DNA of 64,000 nt from the NCBI GenBank assembly GCA_028280845.1, contig JANQKZ010000032.1:5390-69389 (forward strand), given 5' to 3'. How positions within the stretch are numbered: the stretch's first letter is position 1; every line of letters begins with the position of its first letter. Both the position numbers and the translations under genes were made by a program. Under the pieces are notes generated by a model that was not told the DNA's origin, did no database searches, and was given only the letters and a program-made list of their open reading frames with translations. The stretch is from Opitutales bacterium (GTDB lineage Bacteria > Verrucomicrobiota > Verrucomicrobiia > Opitutales > JABSRG01). Shown piece by piece: positions 44,490-55,609 of this stretch.

Positions 44490-45095
44490 CTACCGCCTGA
44501 ACAACTCCATCTGGGGATCCTTGACCATGTCATACACCTTCAGGATCCGCAGCAACTGGAGCAGGTCGCTCTTTGTGTAATTTTGGTTGGGTTCGATGGA
44601 CCGCAGGATGTTTTCCAATACGGTTCGAAAGGTGATAATGGCATCGACCCCCAGACTTTTGAGCAGAGCGATGCTCTCCTGGCGCTGCACCTCATTCGAG
44701 GGCAGGCTGGGCACAATCAGGATTTTCGTAAAGGGATCGATATCCTCGATGAGACTCTCCTCGTAGGAAAAGTACGATTCCGCCTTATCCAAAACGTCCT
44801 TCTTCAAAAAGTTAAAAATCTGCGTGCTGCTTTTGAGCATGGTGGGGGTAAACCGTGCGGTGTGCCATCCCTTGACCACGACGATGGCCCGCCGGATGTG
44901 CTGAATGTCACTGGCAAATAGCTGAAACCCTGGCGCTTCCTCCACCTCCGACGGCTTCGGGTTGATGACCACCAGGTCGATCTCTTCGTCCGACCGTTTT
45001 TTCCGGCTGTGGACCTGATACTTCCGCAACTGCCGGACGAGGAAACCGTTCAGTTCAAAGTATTCTCTGACAATGTTTTCGTCAAAACCAGCCAT
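44490..45095 (-). CDS. Hypothetical protein, PD-(D/E)xK nuclease-fold-like N-terminal region
   Basis: 201 aa with NIVREYFELNGFLV...EEIDLVVIN...AIVVVKGWH, a YraN/Hjc-like spacing. It sits between aroB and pdxA. Confidence 0.7.
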   Translation of the reverse strand: MAGFDENIVREYFELNGFLVRQLRKYQVHSRKKRSDEEIDLVVINPKPSEVEEAPGFQLFASDIQHIRRAIVVVKGWHTARFTPTMLKSSTQIFNFLKKDVLDKAESYFSYEESLIEDIDPFTKILIVPSLPSNEVQRQESIALLKSLGVDAIITFRTVLENILRSIEPNQNYTKSDLLQLLRILKVYDMVKDPQMELFRR

Positions 45096-45098
45096 AGG

Positions 45099-46208
45099 CT
45101 ACGCAGATTCCGGGACCGGGGGCATGACCGAACCCCATAGCGTTTGTATTAGATTTTCGGGTACACTGTCAAGAGTAAGAGCCTGGCCGATCTCCTGCAT
45201 ACCGATCAGCCGGAGTTTGCCAAACTTAACCTTCTTATCTTTCATCATGACCTGTATCAACGCCTCCTGGGACATAGGTTCAGCCAGGCGGACGGGAAGG
45301 TCATACTTCTCCAAGACCGCCATGACGCGGCCCACCCACACCTCCGACATACCGTTGAGCGAAACCGACAACCGGGTAGCCAGGATGAGCCCGATACTGA
45401 CCGCCTCACCATGCAGGTATTGTCCATACCCGGCCAGATTTTCAATCGCATGCCCAAAGGTATGGCCCAGGTTAAGTAAAGCACGGCCACCCTTGTCGGC
45501 CGATTCGCGCTCATCCGCTTGAACGATGTCAGCCTTTATCTGGCAACACCGCACCACAATCTCCGCCAAGCGGGAACACGCTACTGTAAGCGGGGGTTCC
45601 GCTTCGAGTCTCAGGAAGAGATCCCGGTCGGCGAGCATTCCGTATTTAATGACCTCTGCCATCCCGGCCGAGAACTCCCTCGGTGGCAGAGTCTTCAGGG
45701 TATCCAGGTCCATGATCACAGCACTGGGTTGATAGAAGGCTCCAGCCAGGTTTTTCCCCGCTTTCAAATTGATCCCGGTCTTTCCACCGACCGAACTATC
45801 CACCATGGACAAGAGGGTCGTCGGAACCATGACCAGTTCGATACCTCGTAGAAAAGTGGCGGCGGCAAATCCGGCCAGGTCTCCAATTACCCCACCGCCA
45901 AATGCGACCAGGCCACCGGTCCGGTCAATTCCAGAATCCACCAGGAAGTCATAGACCGTTTCCAGGTGCTGCACCGATTTCGTCGGTTCACCGGGGTCAA
46001 GGACCAATACCGGCAAGTCGGCAAACGCGCTGCGCATGAAGTCGGCCTGGGCCTCGGCGACATGGGAATCCGTCACCACGGCAAAAGGCCTCCCGGCTTC
46101 AGCCTGGGCCCCCAGCCATTGACACAACGAGGGCCCTAATTGGCGCCCGGTGTAAATGGGGTAACTGCGTTGGCCGAGGTCGACGGTGAGGGGGGTAAGG
46201 TGGTCCAT
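45099..46208 (-). CDS. aroB: 3-dehydroquinate synthase
   Basis: Taken from the Met at 46208: GGGVIGDLAGFAAATFLRGI...VDSSVGGKTGINL...LNLGHTFGHA. Confidence 0.9.
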   Translation of the reverse strand: MDHLTPLTVDLGQRSYPIYTGRQLGPSLCQWLGAQAEAGRPFAVVTDSHVAEAQADFMRSAFADLPVLVLDPGEPTKSVQHLETVYDFLVDSGIDRTGGLVAFGGGVIGDLAGFAAATFLRGIELVMVPTTLLSMVDSSVGGKTGINLKAGKNLAGAFYQPSAVIMDLDTLKTLPPREFSAGMAEVIKYGMLADRDLFLRLEAEPPLTVACSRLAEIVVRCCQIKADIVQADERESADKGGRALLNLGHTFGHAIENLAGYGQYLHGEAVSIGLILATRLSVSLNGMSEVWVGRVMAVLEKYDLPVRLAEPMSQEALIQVMMKDKKVKFGKLRLIGMQEIGQALTLDSVPENLIQTLWGSVMPPVPESA

Positions 46209-46224
46209 GAAGGGCAGAGCAATT

Positions 46225-47154
46225 TTAAGATCCAAAAATTGCTTCGATATAACCGTCCACCGTAAACGGCTGCAAATCTTCTTTCTGCTCTCCCAGCCCC
46301 ACATAATAGATGGGAATACCTAACTCCCGATAAATCCCGACAAGGGCGCCGCCACGGCTCGTTCCATCCAGCTTGGTAATAACCAACCCGGTCAGACCAA
46401 CCTGCTCATGAAACTTGCGCGCCTGTTCGATCGAGTTCGACCCCAGACTCCCATCCAATACCAGCCACTTGTGATGGGGGGCGCTCGCATCATGCTTCTG
46501 TAGCACGCGCCCGATCTTCTTGAGCTCGTCCATCAGGTTCGACTTGGTGTGTAACCGGCCGGCCGTGTCCAGAATGAGAACGTCCCTGTTTCTGGATTTC
46601 GCCGCCGCGTAACTATCAAATGCGACCGCAGCACTATCCGCCCCGTGCTGACTCGCGACCAACTCGAGGCCAAGGCGATCCGCCCAGGATTTAATCTGCT
46701 CGTTGGCCGCCGCCCGAAAAGTATCGCCAGCCCCCAGGATCACCCCCTTCCCGTCCTCATGGAAGCGCCACCCCAGTTTGGCCGCGGTGGTGGTTTTACC
46801 CGCTCCATTTATTCCCAGCAAGACGATCACATCGGGCGTCGGGCGGGCATCAGCACCCGGAAACTGCGAGGGTTCTGGCTGCGCGCCCGTTAACACCTCT
46901 CGCAGGACCGCAGCCCCCAGTTCGAGGGCAGCCTTTCCCCGCAGGTGCTTGTTGGTTTTGAGGCCCTCGTGAATGCGCTCAATGATGTCGGAGGTGGTTT
47001 CCACCCCGAAGTCGGCCCCATACAGGGCTTCCTCCAAGTCATCAATCGAATCCGCATCCAGGCGCTTGGCTCCAAACAACTTATTCGCAGCCGCCTGAAA
47101 GGTGGGAGTCTGCCGGCGAAACTCTTCCCGGAATTTCTGGAAAAAGGACTTCAT
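46225..47154 (-). CDS. ftsY: Signal recognition particle receptor FtsY
   Basis: LGINGAGKTTTAAKL, DTAGRLH and ITKLDGTSRGG. Confidence 0.95.
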   Translation of the reverse strand: MKSFFQKFREEFRRQTPTFQAAANKLFGAKRLDADSIDDLEEALYGADFGVETTSDIIERIHEGLKTNKHLRGKAALELGAAVLREVLTGAQPEPSQFPGADARPTPDVIVLLGINGAGKTTTAAKLGWRFHEDGKGVILGAGDTFRAAANEQIKSWADRLGLELVASQHGADSAAVAFDSYAAAKSRNRDVLILDTAGRLHTKSNLMDELKKIGRVLQKHDASAPHHKWLVLDGSLGSNSIEQARKFHEQVGLTGLVITKLDGTSRGGALVGIYRELGIPIYYVGLGEQKEDLQPFTVDGYIEAIFGS

Positions 47155-47167
47155 GCTCCCCCCAAGA

Positions 47168-47614
47168 TTAATCGATAGCCTGCCGGAGGGGCCGGTTTAA
47201 ATTTCCCTTCATCTTGTCCAGGATCCCATTAATGAACCGCTTGGAGTCCAGATTGGATAAAATCTTGGACAACTCGATGCCTTCATCAATAGACACAATG
47301 GGCGGGATATCCATGCGGAACAGCATCTCGTAAATGGCCAGGCGAAGAATGGACAGGTCTACCTTGGCAATTCGATCAAACTTCCAGTTGGTCGCATATT
47401 TTTGAATCTCTTCATCAATCGTGGACAGTTCCTCAATCACCCCAAAGACCAGCTCTTCCGCGAATTGATAATATTCCCGCGGTTGTTCCTGGTTCGAAAA
47501 GAAAGTGGCAATGCCGTCCGCCAGAACTTCGGGCGGGTTGAACTCATAGCTGTAGAGAAACTGGACCGTGGCCAGCCGGTTCTCTCTGCGCTGGGATTTT
47601 TTACTTTGGCTCAT
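47168..47614 (-). CDS. nusB: Transcription antitermination factor NusB
   Basis: 148 aa with RENRLATVQFLYSYEF...DRIAKVDLSILRLAIYEML...INGILD. Confidence 0.9.
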   Translation of the reverse strand: MSQSKKSQRRENRLATVQFLYSYEFNPPEVLADGIATFFSNQEQPREYYQFAEELVFGVIEELSTIDEEIQKYATNWKFDRIAKVDLSILRLAIYEMLFRMDIPPIVSIDEGIELSKILSNLDSKRFINGILDKMKGNLNRPLRQAID

Positions 47615-47620
47615 TAAAAC

Positions 47621-48076
47621 TTAAAGAGGTTTATAGCGGGCGATTTCGAGGGCCGCTTTCGCAAAGTGGTATCCTTTGTCATTATCCCCCAGGGTTCGGT
47701 CGTAGGCCTGCTGCTCCGTTTCGGTGACAAGAATACCGTTCAGCACAGGAACCCTATGTTTTAAGGAAACTTCGGTGATCCCCCACCCGGTCGTAATTGC
47801 AATGTGCTCGTGGTGTCGGGTGTCGCCGGCAACCACAACACCCAGGGCCACAATAGCCTGGAACTCCCCGGTCAAGGCCTGCTCTTGCGCAGCAAAGGGA
47901 AGCTCCCAGGATCCGGGCACCCGGGACGTGATGACCTTGGCCCCGACGGACTCCAGGCAGGCAACCACGCGCCCCATGAGAGCATTCACCATCTCCTCAT
48001 TAAAACGGGCTGCGACGATACCAACGGTGAGGCCGTTGCCATCGGGAAGGTCGCCACTGGGTATTGCTTTACTCAT
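47621..48076 (-). CDS. ribH: 6,7-dimethyl-8-ribityllumazine synthase
   Basis: VGIVAARFNEEM...RVPGSWELPFAAQ...GDTRHHEHIA...NGILVTE. Confidence 0.95.
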   Translation of the reverse strand: MSKAIPSGDLPDGNGLTVGIVAARFNEEMVNALMGRVVACLESVGAKVITSRVPGSWELPFAAQEQALTGEFQAIVALGVVVAGDTRHHEHIAITTGWGITEVSLKHRVPVLNGILVTETEQQAYDRTLGDNDKGYHFAKAALEIARYKPL

Positions 48077-48191
48077 AAAATCAGCAAGAACAAGGTGGCG
48101 TGAGGTTCAGGGCAGGGTCAAGCCGTAAGCCGTAGAGACTGACATCTGAACCCGGACACACGCATCCCGCACCTCCCCGGTATTCTGTCTC

Positions 48192-48680
48192 CTAATTGAT
48201 ATCCCCCAGGTAACTGGAAGGTGGAACAAAGGTCCCATTCCGGAAATAGGTCAGGATGGCCGTTGGGTAAAAACTGACGTCGCGGATACGATCCAGCGGA
48301 AGCCAGGCCCAGCCAATTTGCTTTTTGTCGGTTTCATAGCCGCCGCCCAAGGCATGGGGATGGAGTAATTCACAGGAGAAAACGGCCTCCAGTTGATGAA
48401 ACCGGCTGTGAATATAAGCAAACCCATGGTTTTTCCCGATATATTCCCGAATATAGAGAAAGTCCTTAACCGCCACCGGGGTACCCAATTCTTCCAGGCA
48501 TTCCCGCTGCACGGCTTCTTCCAGGGTCTCACCGGCCCGCTGTCCGCCTCCCGGTAGAATATAAAAGACGCCACGGTCATCTCGCATCTTAATGGTGAGG
48601 AGCTTTCTCTCTTTCAGGATGAGGGCGCGGGCAGCTGTGCGGACTGGTTTCATGGGCAGGGTATACAAAGAGCGATCCAT
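48192..48680 (-). CDS. NUDIX hydrolase
   Basis: Nudix box GGGQRAGETLEEAVQRECLEELG. Confidence 0.85.
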   Translation of the reverse strand: MDRSLYTLPMKPVRTAARALILKERKLLTIKMRDDRGVFYILPGGGQRAGETLEEAVQRECLEELGTPVAVKDFLYIREYIGKNHGFAYIHSRFHQLEAVFSCELLHPHALGGGYETDKKQIGWAWLPLDRIRDVSFYPTAILTYFRNGTFVPPSSYLGDIN

Positions 48681-48733
48681 TCCACCCCTGCAATGGTGGA
48701 AAATTCCTGCTCACTTGAATCTGACTGGTTTCA

Positions 48734-49351
48734 ATGTCACCCTCTACTCAGATGAATGTTTGGCAAGAGCGATACGATCAAGACGAAACACCATGGGAAA
48801 AGGATGGGCCCGCCCCGCCCCTCCGGGCATTCCTTCTGTCCAATCGTGTCCACGGCAAGGTCCTCGTGCCCGGATGTGGAATTGGTCACGACGTTCGATT
48901 GCTGGCCGCGCAGGGAGCCTCGGTCCTCGGCCTCGACCTGGCCCCTTCGGCGGTGGAACGGGCCAATCATTTTCCAAAGGTGGCCCAAGAGCGCTTTGAA
49001 CTCGGAGATTTTCTGAACCTCCCGACACCCCTGGAAGGCCAATTCGACTGGGTGTATGAAAACACCTGCTTCTGCGCGATTCATCCAACGGAACGTGAAG
49101 CCTATGCGATCCATGCTGCCCGGGCCTTGAAGCCCGGGGGTCACTTATTCGGAGTGTTCTACCTGGACACCGGGAACCCACCCGGAGAAGGGCCTCCCTT
49201 CTGTTCGACCTCAGAGGAAATCGATCGGCAATTTTCTGCCTGGTTCGAACCGATTCAGCAATGGACGCCCATGGTCGGATTTCAAGGCCGCGTCCCGAAG
49301 GAAGAGTTTCGTGTGTTCCGCAAGCGTCCCGACTCCTTCAAGGAGAACTGA
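48734..49351 (+). CDS. SAM-dependent methyltransferase (TPMT / thiol-halide methyltransferase-like)
   Basis: WQERYDQDETPWE...VLVPGCGIGHD...YENTCFCAIHP. Confidence 0.8.
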   Translation: MSPSTQMNVWQERYDQDETPWEKDGPAPPLRAFLLSNRVHGKVLVPGCGIGHDVRLLAAQGASVLGLDLAPSAVERANHFPKVAQERFELGDFLNLPTPLEGQFDWVYENTCFCAIHPTEREAYAIHAARALKPGGHLFGVFYLDTGNPPGEGPPFCSTSEEIDRQFSAWFEPIQQWTPMVGFQGRVPKEEFRVFRKRPDSFKEN

Positions 49352-49356
49352 GCCAC

Positions 49357-50277
49357 CTACTTGACTCGGGATTGAATCAGGGCTTCTCGGCCCGGGCCTT
49401 CGATGTTGGAAAGCTCTGCGGAAAAGGAGCCAACCACCACGGCACTCTTCATCTTGATCGGCACATGCGGAGCCGCTTTGTTGAACCAGATTTGAATCGT
49501 GGCATCATCACTCTTTTCAAAAACTCCACCCAGGTCCTTGGTATCCGGTTCCACCAGGTAACAGTCAAAGGTGCCCAGCCTTGTTTTTATCCGTTCCTCC
49601 TTTTCAATATCGATATCAACCTGAACCGTTTTCCAGCCATCGGTGGCAAACAGGCGGATCTGCTCCCCGAGTTCCAGCTTCTGGGCGCGGTAGGCAAAAG
49701 TAATACTGAGCGGGTCTAACGCACTTTCGGGGAAGGTGGCAAAGCCCGGTCGAGGAAGACCCCAATCCGTGCGCAAGGCGCGCTGGGTTTCCCAGTTGAA
49801 GACGACCTTGGAGTCACTGGTTTCATTGCCTTCTGTCCGCTTACGATAGTGTAGGGTCCGGGTGAAATCCTCATTCACAAAGCTCTCATGCAAATCCTTT
49901 ACCTTGTAGAGCGCATTCACAAAACCATGGGTCTGCGTAAACATGCTGATGTGGTAGGCAGGCTCTCCATCAACGGTCTTCGGAGTCTTCATCTCAATCT
50001 GAGAATTCGCCACATGAAACACTCCCCAGGTGATGCGATAGCTCAGCGTTTCTCCGATAGGCACGCTGATTCCCCCGAGTTCCCCATCGTAGGACTCGAT
50101 CTCAGGCAACGGCCACGCCTCCGGGCGGTTCTCATTGCTCCAGCCCTCGGTATCCTGGCCATAGGATAGCCCGACAGCACCAATGGCCAGGAAGAGCCAA
50201 CGGAGGTTCGACACGACAGGAATAGATCGGAGGGCCGTCACTGGGTTCATAGACGGCTTATCGGCGAATTTGTTCAA
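49357..50277 (-). CDS. Secreted hypothetical protein (DUF3108-like beta-barrel, tentative)
   Basis: 306 aa with an N-terminal hydrophobic segment and a beta-rich repeat pattern. Its start overlaps the glgP stop by 4 nt. Confidence 0.6.
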   Translation of the reverse strand: MNKFADKPSMNPVTALRSIPVVSNLRWLFLAIGAVGLSYGQDTEGWSNENRPEAWPLPEIESYDGELGGISVPIGETLSYRITWGVFHVANSQIEMKTPKTVDGEPAYHISMFTQTHGFVNALYKVKDLHESFVNEDFTRTLHYRKRTEGNETSDSKVVFNWETQRALRTDWGLPRPGFATFPESALDPLSITFAYRAQKLELGEQIRLFATDGWKTVQVDIDIEKEERIKTRLGTFDCYLVEPDTKDLGGVFEKSDDATIQIWFNKAAPHVPIKMKSAVVVGSFSAELSNIEGPGREALIQSRVK

Positions 50278-52841
50278 TTCCTAACCGGTAGGGGTTCCAG
50301 ATCCCAGATGTCCGTCGCATACTCCATGATGGTGCGGTCTGAAGAGAACTTGCCTACCCTAGCGGTGTTGTAAATAGCCATTTCCGCCCATTTTTCAGGA
50401 TCCTTATAGGCGGCATCCACCGCCTTTTGGCTATCGCAATAGCTCTGGTAATCCGCCAGCACGAAGAAGGGATCGCCCCCGTCCAGCAAACTGTGATACA
50501 TGGCATGAAAGGCATTGTGCTCACCCGGAGTGAAGAAATCACTCCCGATCCAATCCAGGGCCATGCGGAGTTTCTCGTTCTGGTGATAGATGTCCCATGG
50601 GTTGTAGCCCGCTTCTCGGAGGGCCTCTACCTCTTCCACCTTCAGACCGAAAATAAAGATATTGTCATCGCCAACTTCTTCCCGGATTTCCACATTAGCC
50701 CCGTCCAGCGTCCCGATGGTAAGGGCTCCGTTGAGAGCAAGCTTCATGTTGCCGGTTCCTGAGGCTTCCTTACCTGCAGTCGAGATCTGTTCGGACACAT
50801 CGGCGGCCGGAATGATCATCTCAGCGAGGGACACGCTGTAGTTCTCCGGGAAAACGACCTTGATCTTATCCTGAACCCGCGGGTCGTTGTTGATGCGCTC
50901 GCCGACCAGATTGATGGCCCGAATTATGTTTTTCGCGAGGCCGTAACCCGGTGCAGCCTTAGCTGCAAAGAGGAAGACTCGTGGATGGAAATCCATGTCC
51001 GGATTTTGCAGAAGCTCCCGGTAGAGGGTGATGATGTGCAGCAGGTTGAGGTGTTGGCGCTTATACTCGTGCAACCGCTTAATTTGCACGTCGAGGATAG
51101 CGTCTGGATCCAGCTTCAAGCCAGTCTGAGCCTGGAGGTGATTCATCAGTCGAACCTTATTGGCCCGTTTGACCGCCATGAACGCCTCCTGGAAATCCTG
51201 CTTTCTGGCAAATTTCTCGAGCGCCTGGAGCTTGCCCAGGTCGCAGACCCATTCCTTGCCGATCCGCTCGCTAATCAGTTCGGTCAGGTCGGGGTTACAG
51301 GCCAACAGCCAGCGGCGCGGGGTAATCCCATTGGTCTTGTTTTGAAGCTTCGTTGGGTAGAGCTGGTGAAAATCTTTAAACAGATGTCGCTTCAATAGCT
51401 CAGTATGGAGAGCGGCCACACCGTTCACCGTATGGCTGGCCACCACACTGAGATAGGCCATGCGAATCATCCGGGGATGGCCCTCTTCAATAAGGGAAAG
51501 TCGGGCCTTCATGGCATCATCCCCCGGCCACATTTTATCCACTTCGTTGTAGAGGAAGCGGTGATTGATTTCGTAAATGATCTGCAGGTGCCGCGGAAGG
51601 ATCCGCTCAAACAACGGAACACTCCATTTTTCCAGGGCTTCCGGTAACAGCGTGTGGTTGGTGTAGGAGAAAGTCCGGCGCACCACATCCCATGCTTTAT
51701 CCCAATCCAATTCCTCGACATCCAGCAATTGGCGCATGAGTTCGGCCACGGCCACAGCCGGGTGCGTATCATTCAGCTGGATCGCCACCAGTTCCGGAAA
51801 TTGATCCCAGGCGCCTCCATTTCTGGCTTTATAGCGCCGAATGATGTCCTGCAACGAACACGTTACGAAAAAATACTGCTGGATCAGGCGCAGTTCTTTT
51901 CCGCTTTCTGAGGAATCATTCGGGTAGAGGACTTTGGAAATCGTTTCACTGATGGCTTTGTCGCGCACCGCTTCGACGTATCCACCCTTGTTGAACACAT
52001 CCAGATCGAATTCCTGAGAGGCCTTGGCTTCCCACAGGCGCAGGAAATTGACGGTGTTGCCCCCGTATCCAACGATGGGAATATCGAAGGGCAGCCCCTC
52101 CATCTCTTTGGTGTCGACCCACACATCGCGGAAATTGCCATCTTCGTCAAATTGCTTCTCTACCCGACCATACAACACCACTTTCTGGCGGTATTCCGGT
52201 CGACAGATTTGCCAGGGGGTGCCATCCTCCCGCCAGGGGTCCGGACGCTCCATTTGCCGGCCATGGGAAAACTCCTGCCGGAACAAGCCGAACTCATAAT
52301 TAATACCGTAACCAATAGCCGGCAGCTCCAAGGTGGCCAGGGAGTCCAGAAAGCAGGCCGCCAGGCGACCCAGGCCGCCGTTGCCCAATCCCATATCCGC
52401 TTCTACCTCAGCCAACTCATGAATATCAAAACCCAGCTCCTGAAGCGCAGCCTCGGCTTCCTCCATCAATTCCATATTGAAGAGGTTGTTCACCATGAGC
52501 CGGCCCATCAGATATTCCAGGCTGAGATAGTATACCCGCCGGGTATTCTCCCTGTGGTGAAACTCCTGGGTTTTCATGAAGCGGTCCAGGACCCGGTCCC
52601 GCAGCGCATACACGGTGCACAGCCACCAGTCCCGATGACGGGCCGTGGCCGTATCCCGGGCCAGGGTGAATTTCAGGTGATTGAGCACTGACTGCTTGAA
52701 GCCTTCAGTCGAATGGAGCTTGTTAAAGTTAAACCCGGGCTGGGTCTCAGTGGAGGCCGCTTGCTTCGTTTGGGTAGCGGTCGATTTTTTCGCCGTAGTC
52801 TGTTTCTTGGCGGTACTTTTCTTTGCAGGTTTTGAAGCCAT
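50274..52841 (-). CDS. glgP: Glycogen/alpha-glucan phosphorylase
   Basis: Taken from the Met at 52841. It carries [38 protein letters not shown] and the pyridoxal-phosphate site [14 protein letters not shown]. Confidence 0.95.
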   Translation of the reverse strand: MASKPAKKSTAKKQTTAKKSTATQTKQAASTETQPGFNFNKLHSTEGFKQSVLNHLKFTLARDTATARHRDWWLCTVYALRDRVLDRFMKTQEFHHRENTRRVYYLSLEYLMGRLMVNNLFNMELMEEAEAALQELGFDIHELAEVEADMGLGNGGLGRLAACFLDSLATLELPAIGYGINYEFGLFRQEFSHGRQMERPDPWREDGTPWQICRPEYRQKVVLYGRVEKQFDEDGNFRDVWVDTKEMEGLPFDIPIVGYGGNTVNFLRLWEAKASQEFDLDVFNKGGYVEAVRDKAISETISKVLYPNDSSESGKELRLIQQYFFVTCSLQDIIRRYKARNGGAWDQFPELVAIQLNDTHPAVAVAELMRQLLDVEELDWDKAWDVVRRTFSYTNHTLLPEALEKWSVPLFERILPRHLQIIYEINHRFLYNEVDKMWPGDDAMKARLSLIEEGHPRMIRMAYLSVVASHTVNGVAALHTELLKRHLFKDFHQLYPTKLQNKTNGITPRRWLLACNPDLTELISERIGKEWVCDLGKLQALEKFARKQDFQEAFMAVKRANKVRLMNHLQAQTGLKLDPDAILDVQIKRLHEYKRQHLNLLHIITLYRELLQNPDMDFHPRVFLFAAKAAPGYGLAKNIIRAINLVGERINNDPRVQDKIKVVFPENYSVSLAEMIIPAADVSEQISTAGKEASGTGNMKLALNGALTIGTLDGANVEIREEVGDDNIFIFGLKVEEVEALREAGYNPWDIYHQNEKLRMALDWIGSDFFTPGEHNAFHAMYHSLLDGGDPFFVLADYQSYCDSQKAVDAAYKDPEKWAEMAIYNTARVGKFSSDRTIMEYATDIWDLEPLPVRN

Positions 52842-52950
52842 GGTATGAAAGGGATGATGAGATAAAGCGCCCATCTTGAGGGGATGCCAGTTTCGAGAAA
52901 AGCATATTTCAGTTACAATCTGGAAAGTTTCTGCCCGACATCTGGGCGGG

Positions 52951-54786
52951 TTATTTGCCAAACCGCCGGTCGAGCTCACCTCGCGAAAACTCGACAAAGG
53001 TCGCACGCCCATTGGGATCCGTTAAGGGCTCACGGCAGGCTAAGAGACGTTCCGCGATCTCCATGAATCGGCTGGCTGACCCCTGCGGGGACAGATCCCT
53101 GTCTTTGCGCTGACCCTTGACGGCCAGACGGGCGAGAGCTTCATGGGCAAGCTCGGGTTGCTCCTCGTTCAGGTTCAGTCCGCGCTGCCGGATTTGCCCA
53201 ATCAGGTCTCGAAGAAAGGACTCGGCCTCACCCGGATCCAGCCAGGGCGGCAGGGCCGTCACCCGGTGAAACTGGCGGCCGAATGGCTCAATGGAAAATC
53301 CATTGGCATTCAGGAAATCGAGGTTCTCCGTGAGGGCGGCATCGTCCCGTGGGTCCAGCTCCAGTGCAACGGGAATGAGCAGGGATTGGCTGGCCGGAAT
53401 TTCGGCAAGGAATTGGGACCGAATGCTCTCGTACCGAATACGGGCTTCAGCCGCCAGGGGGTCCATGAGGATTAAGCCACTCCCGGTTTCAAAAAGTACG
53501 AGCCCGTGCACCATCTTACCCAGGAAGCGCCAGTTGATCGCCCGAACTCCTATCGGAGGGGGATGCACCGGTTCCACCGCCGGTGTGGGGACAGAACGAT
53601 CTGGAACCCGGGACGAAGGAACCGAATCCGCAATCTCCTTGGAGACGATCTCCCGGGGCAGAGCTGGAGAACCCGCCTCCGGGGCAGGTGAACCGGAGGA
53701 TCGAAGTGATTGTGGTCGATCCGGAGGAAGCACCGGTTCGGGGATTGGCAAATCAACGGTTTCGGACACAGACGGGGCTATTCCATGAGAGGCCTCCATC
53801 TCGGTACGGAGCCGGTCCAGGATGGTGGTCATGATAAAGTTTCGGACGCGCCCTTCATCCCGGAATCGGATCTCTCGCTTTGCCGGATGCACATTTACAT
53901 CGATCGCCGCCGGGTCGATTTCCAGAAAGAGAAAAACGACGGGATAACGCCCCTTCGGAATTGAGGTATGGTAGGCTTCAATCGCAGCATAACTCAGAGT
54001 ACGGCTCTCTACCGGACGGCGGTTCACTAAGGTGACGATTTCATTCCGGGTGGATCGGGAGTAGCCGGGGCTCCCCATCATGCCCTGAACCTTCATCCCG
54101 TCGCCATCTGCCTCCAGGGGAATCAAGTGATCCACCAGGGCATTTCCCCATATTTCGTGTAAGCGCTCTTTCAGGGTATCACAGGAGGCTGTACTGAAGA
54201 CTTCACGGCTGTTTTCGACCAGTCGAAAGGCACATTGTGGGTGAGCTACGGCCAACAGACGGACGAAATGGACGATGTGCGCCGATTCCGTGGCATCGGT
54301 CTTCAAAAATTTCCTTCGCACCGGCACCGAATTAAAAAGCTGCTCCACCTCGATCCGGGTCCCCTCAGGCATGCCACACGCTTTTTGGTAAAGGAGTTTA
54401 CCACCGTTCAGGCGAACCTCGGTCCCCTCCCCGCTTCCGGCCACGCGGGTCCGCAAGGTAAATTGAGACACACTTGCGATCGAGGGCAGCGCCTCTCCCC
54501 GAAACCCGAAGCTGATCACATGCTGCAAATCATCGGCCTTTCTGATCTTGCTGGTCGCGTGCCGCTCCAAGGCGAGCAAGGCCTCATCCGGTGCCATGCC
54601 CGATCCATTATCTTCTACCCGGATGTAACGCTTTCCCCCATTCCGAAATTCGACCTCAATCCGGGTAGCTCCGGAATCCAGGCTGTTTTCGACCAGTTCT
54701 TTGACCACGGCCACGGGTCGCTCAATGACCTCTCCGGCCGCTATCTGGTTTGCCACTTGATCTGGTAGAATACGGATTCGACCCAT
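52951..54786 (-). CDS. mutL: DNA mismatch repair protein MutL
   Basis: [34 protein letters not shown]...DNGSGM...GFRGEAL. Confidence 0.95.
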   Translation of the reverse strand: MGRIRILPDQVANQIAAGEVIERPVAVVKELVENSLDSGATRIEVEFRNGGKRYIRVEDNGSGMAPDEALLALERHATSKIRKADDLQHVISFGFRGEALPSIASVSQFTLRTRVAGSGEGTEVRLNGGKLLYQKACGMPEGTRIEVEQLFNSVPVRRKFLKTDATESAHIVHFVRLLAVAHPQCAFRLVENSREVFSTASCDTLKERLHEIWGNALVDHLIPLEADGDGMKVQGMMGSPGYSRSTRNEIVTLVNRRPVESRTLSYAAIEAYHTSIPKGRYPVVFLFLEIDPAAIDVNVHPAKREIRFRDEGRVRNFIMTTILDRLRTEMEASHGIAPSVSETVDLPIPEPVLPPDRPQSLRSSGSPAPEAGSPALPREIVSKEIADSVPSSRVPDRSVPTPAVEPVHPPPIGVRAINWRFLGKMVHGLVLFETGSGLILMDPLAAEARIRYESIRSQFLAEIPASQSLLIPVALELDPRDDAALTENLDFLNANGFSIEPFGRQFHRVTALPPWLDPGEAESFLRDLIGQIRQRGLNLNEEQPELAHEALARLAVKGQRKDRDLSPQGSASRFMEIAERLLACREPLTDPNGRATFVEFSRGELDRRFGK

Positions 54787-54844
54787 GAAGCCTACTGTTC
54801 AAAGGCGTCCCCCCTTTTTCCGCAACACCTATCCCCTGCCCGGC

Positions 54845-54878
54845 AAAAGAAAAAGCCCGCCAACAGCGCTGGCGGGCT
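54845..54878 (-). terminator. Rho-independent terminator after the pseudopilin gene
   Basis: On the minus strand: stem AGCCCGCC / GGCGGGCT with a 9-nt loop, followed by TTTTTCTTTT. Confidence 0.7.
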
Positions 54879-54905
54879 TTGGGAAGAGGTGAATTTGCCA
54901 GACGA

Positions 54906-55415
54906 TTATGGATCTATGTCGATCACATAGTAGTAGCGGGAATCGATCGGCCGAATGAGTTTTCCTTCAACCAGATCGCCATCATCCATATCTTCATCCA
55001 TTTTCCGGATCTGGTCCAGATCCACAGTAAAACCAGCTACCCCGACGCCAAAAAAGTCGACACCGGAGCCGGTTGCGTACTCAGTATCGAAGTCATACAA
55101 TCCCCCCAGCGGCGAAGCCGTGGTGAAATCCGATAGCTTGATGTATTCCTGCATCCCTGCAGAAATGCTCGCAGAATTAGGATCTCCAAAGGAATTGTCA
55201 GTAAAGGGATCCGCACCGGTTTCGAGCATGTACATTTCCGCGCCACTGGCGAAGGTCCGCACATCCTGATAAAACCGGGAGTTTTGTGAGGCCATTCGGA
55301 CTTGCCTAAACGCGGGCAGGCCGAGCGACGCCAGGATCCCTATAATCACGACAACGATCATGATCTCCACCAGGGTGAACCCGGAGGAGCGATGGGTTGG
55401 CCTTATAATATTCAT
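54906..55415 (-). CDS. Prepilin-type N-terminal cleavage/methylation domain protein (pseudopilin)
   Basis: [26 protein letters not shown]. Confidence 0.85.
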   Translation of the reverse strand: MNIIRPTHRSSGFTLVEIMIVVVIIGILASLGLPAFRQVRMASQNSRFYQDVRTFASGAEMYMLETGADPFTDNSFGDPNSASISAGMQEYIKLSDFTTASPLGGLYDFDTEYATGSGVDFFGVGVAGFTVDLDQIRKMDEDMDDGDLVEGKLIRPIDSRYYYVIDIDP

Positions 55416-55609
55416 GCTTTTGGGTATAATTGGGTATAATACGAGACATAGGTATAATAATATAAGATCATGACCCTAGGGGATTTCCCGAGATTTTGCA
55501 CGAACCAACCTCCATCATTCGGTAAAAGGAGTTTAAAAATCTCCTCGCCTGCCTAACTTTTTAACAACTTTTAGGGACTTTACCCTAGGCAATCGTACCC
55601 TGACCTAAT

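Noticed and set aside
48077-48191. Possible FMN riboswitch upstream of ribH
   Set aside because: The 115-nt spacer is too short. It lacks the conserved FMN-element blocks (AGGAUAGU..GGUGAAAUUCC..CCGACGGU-like).
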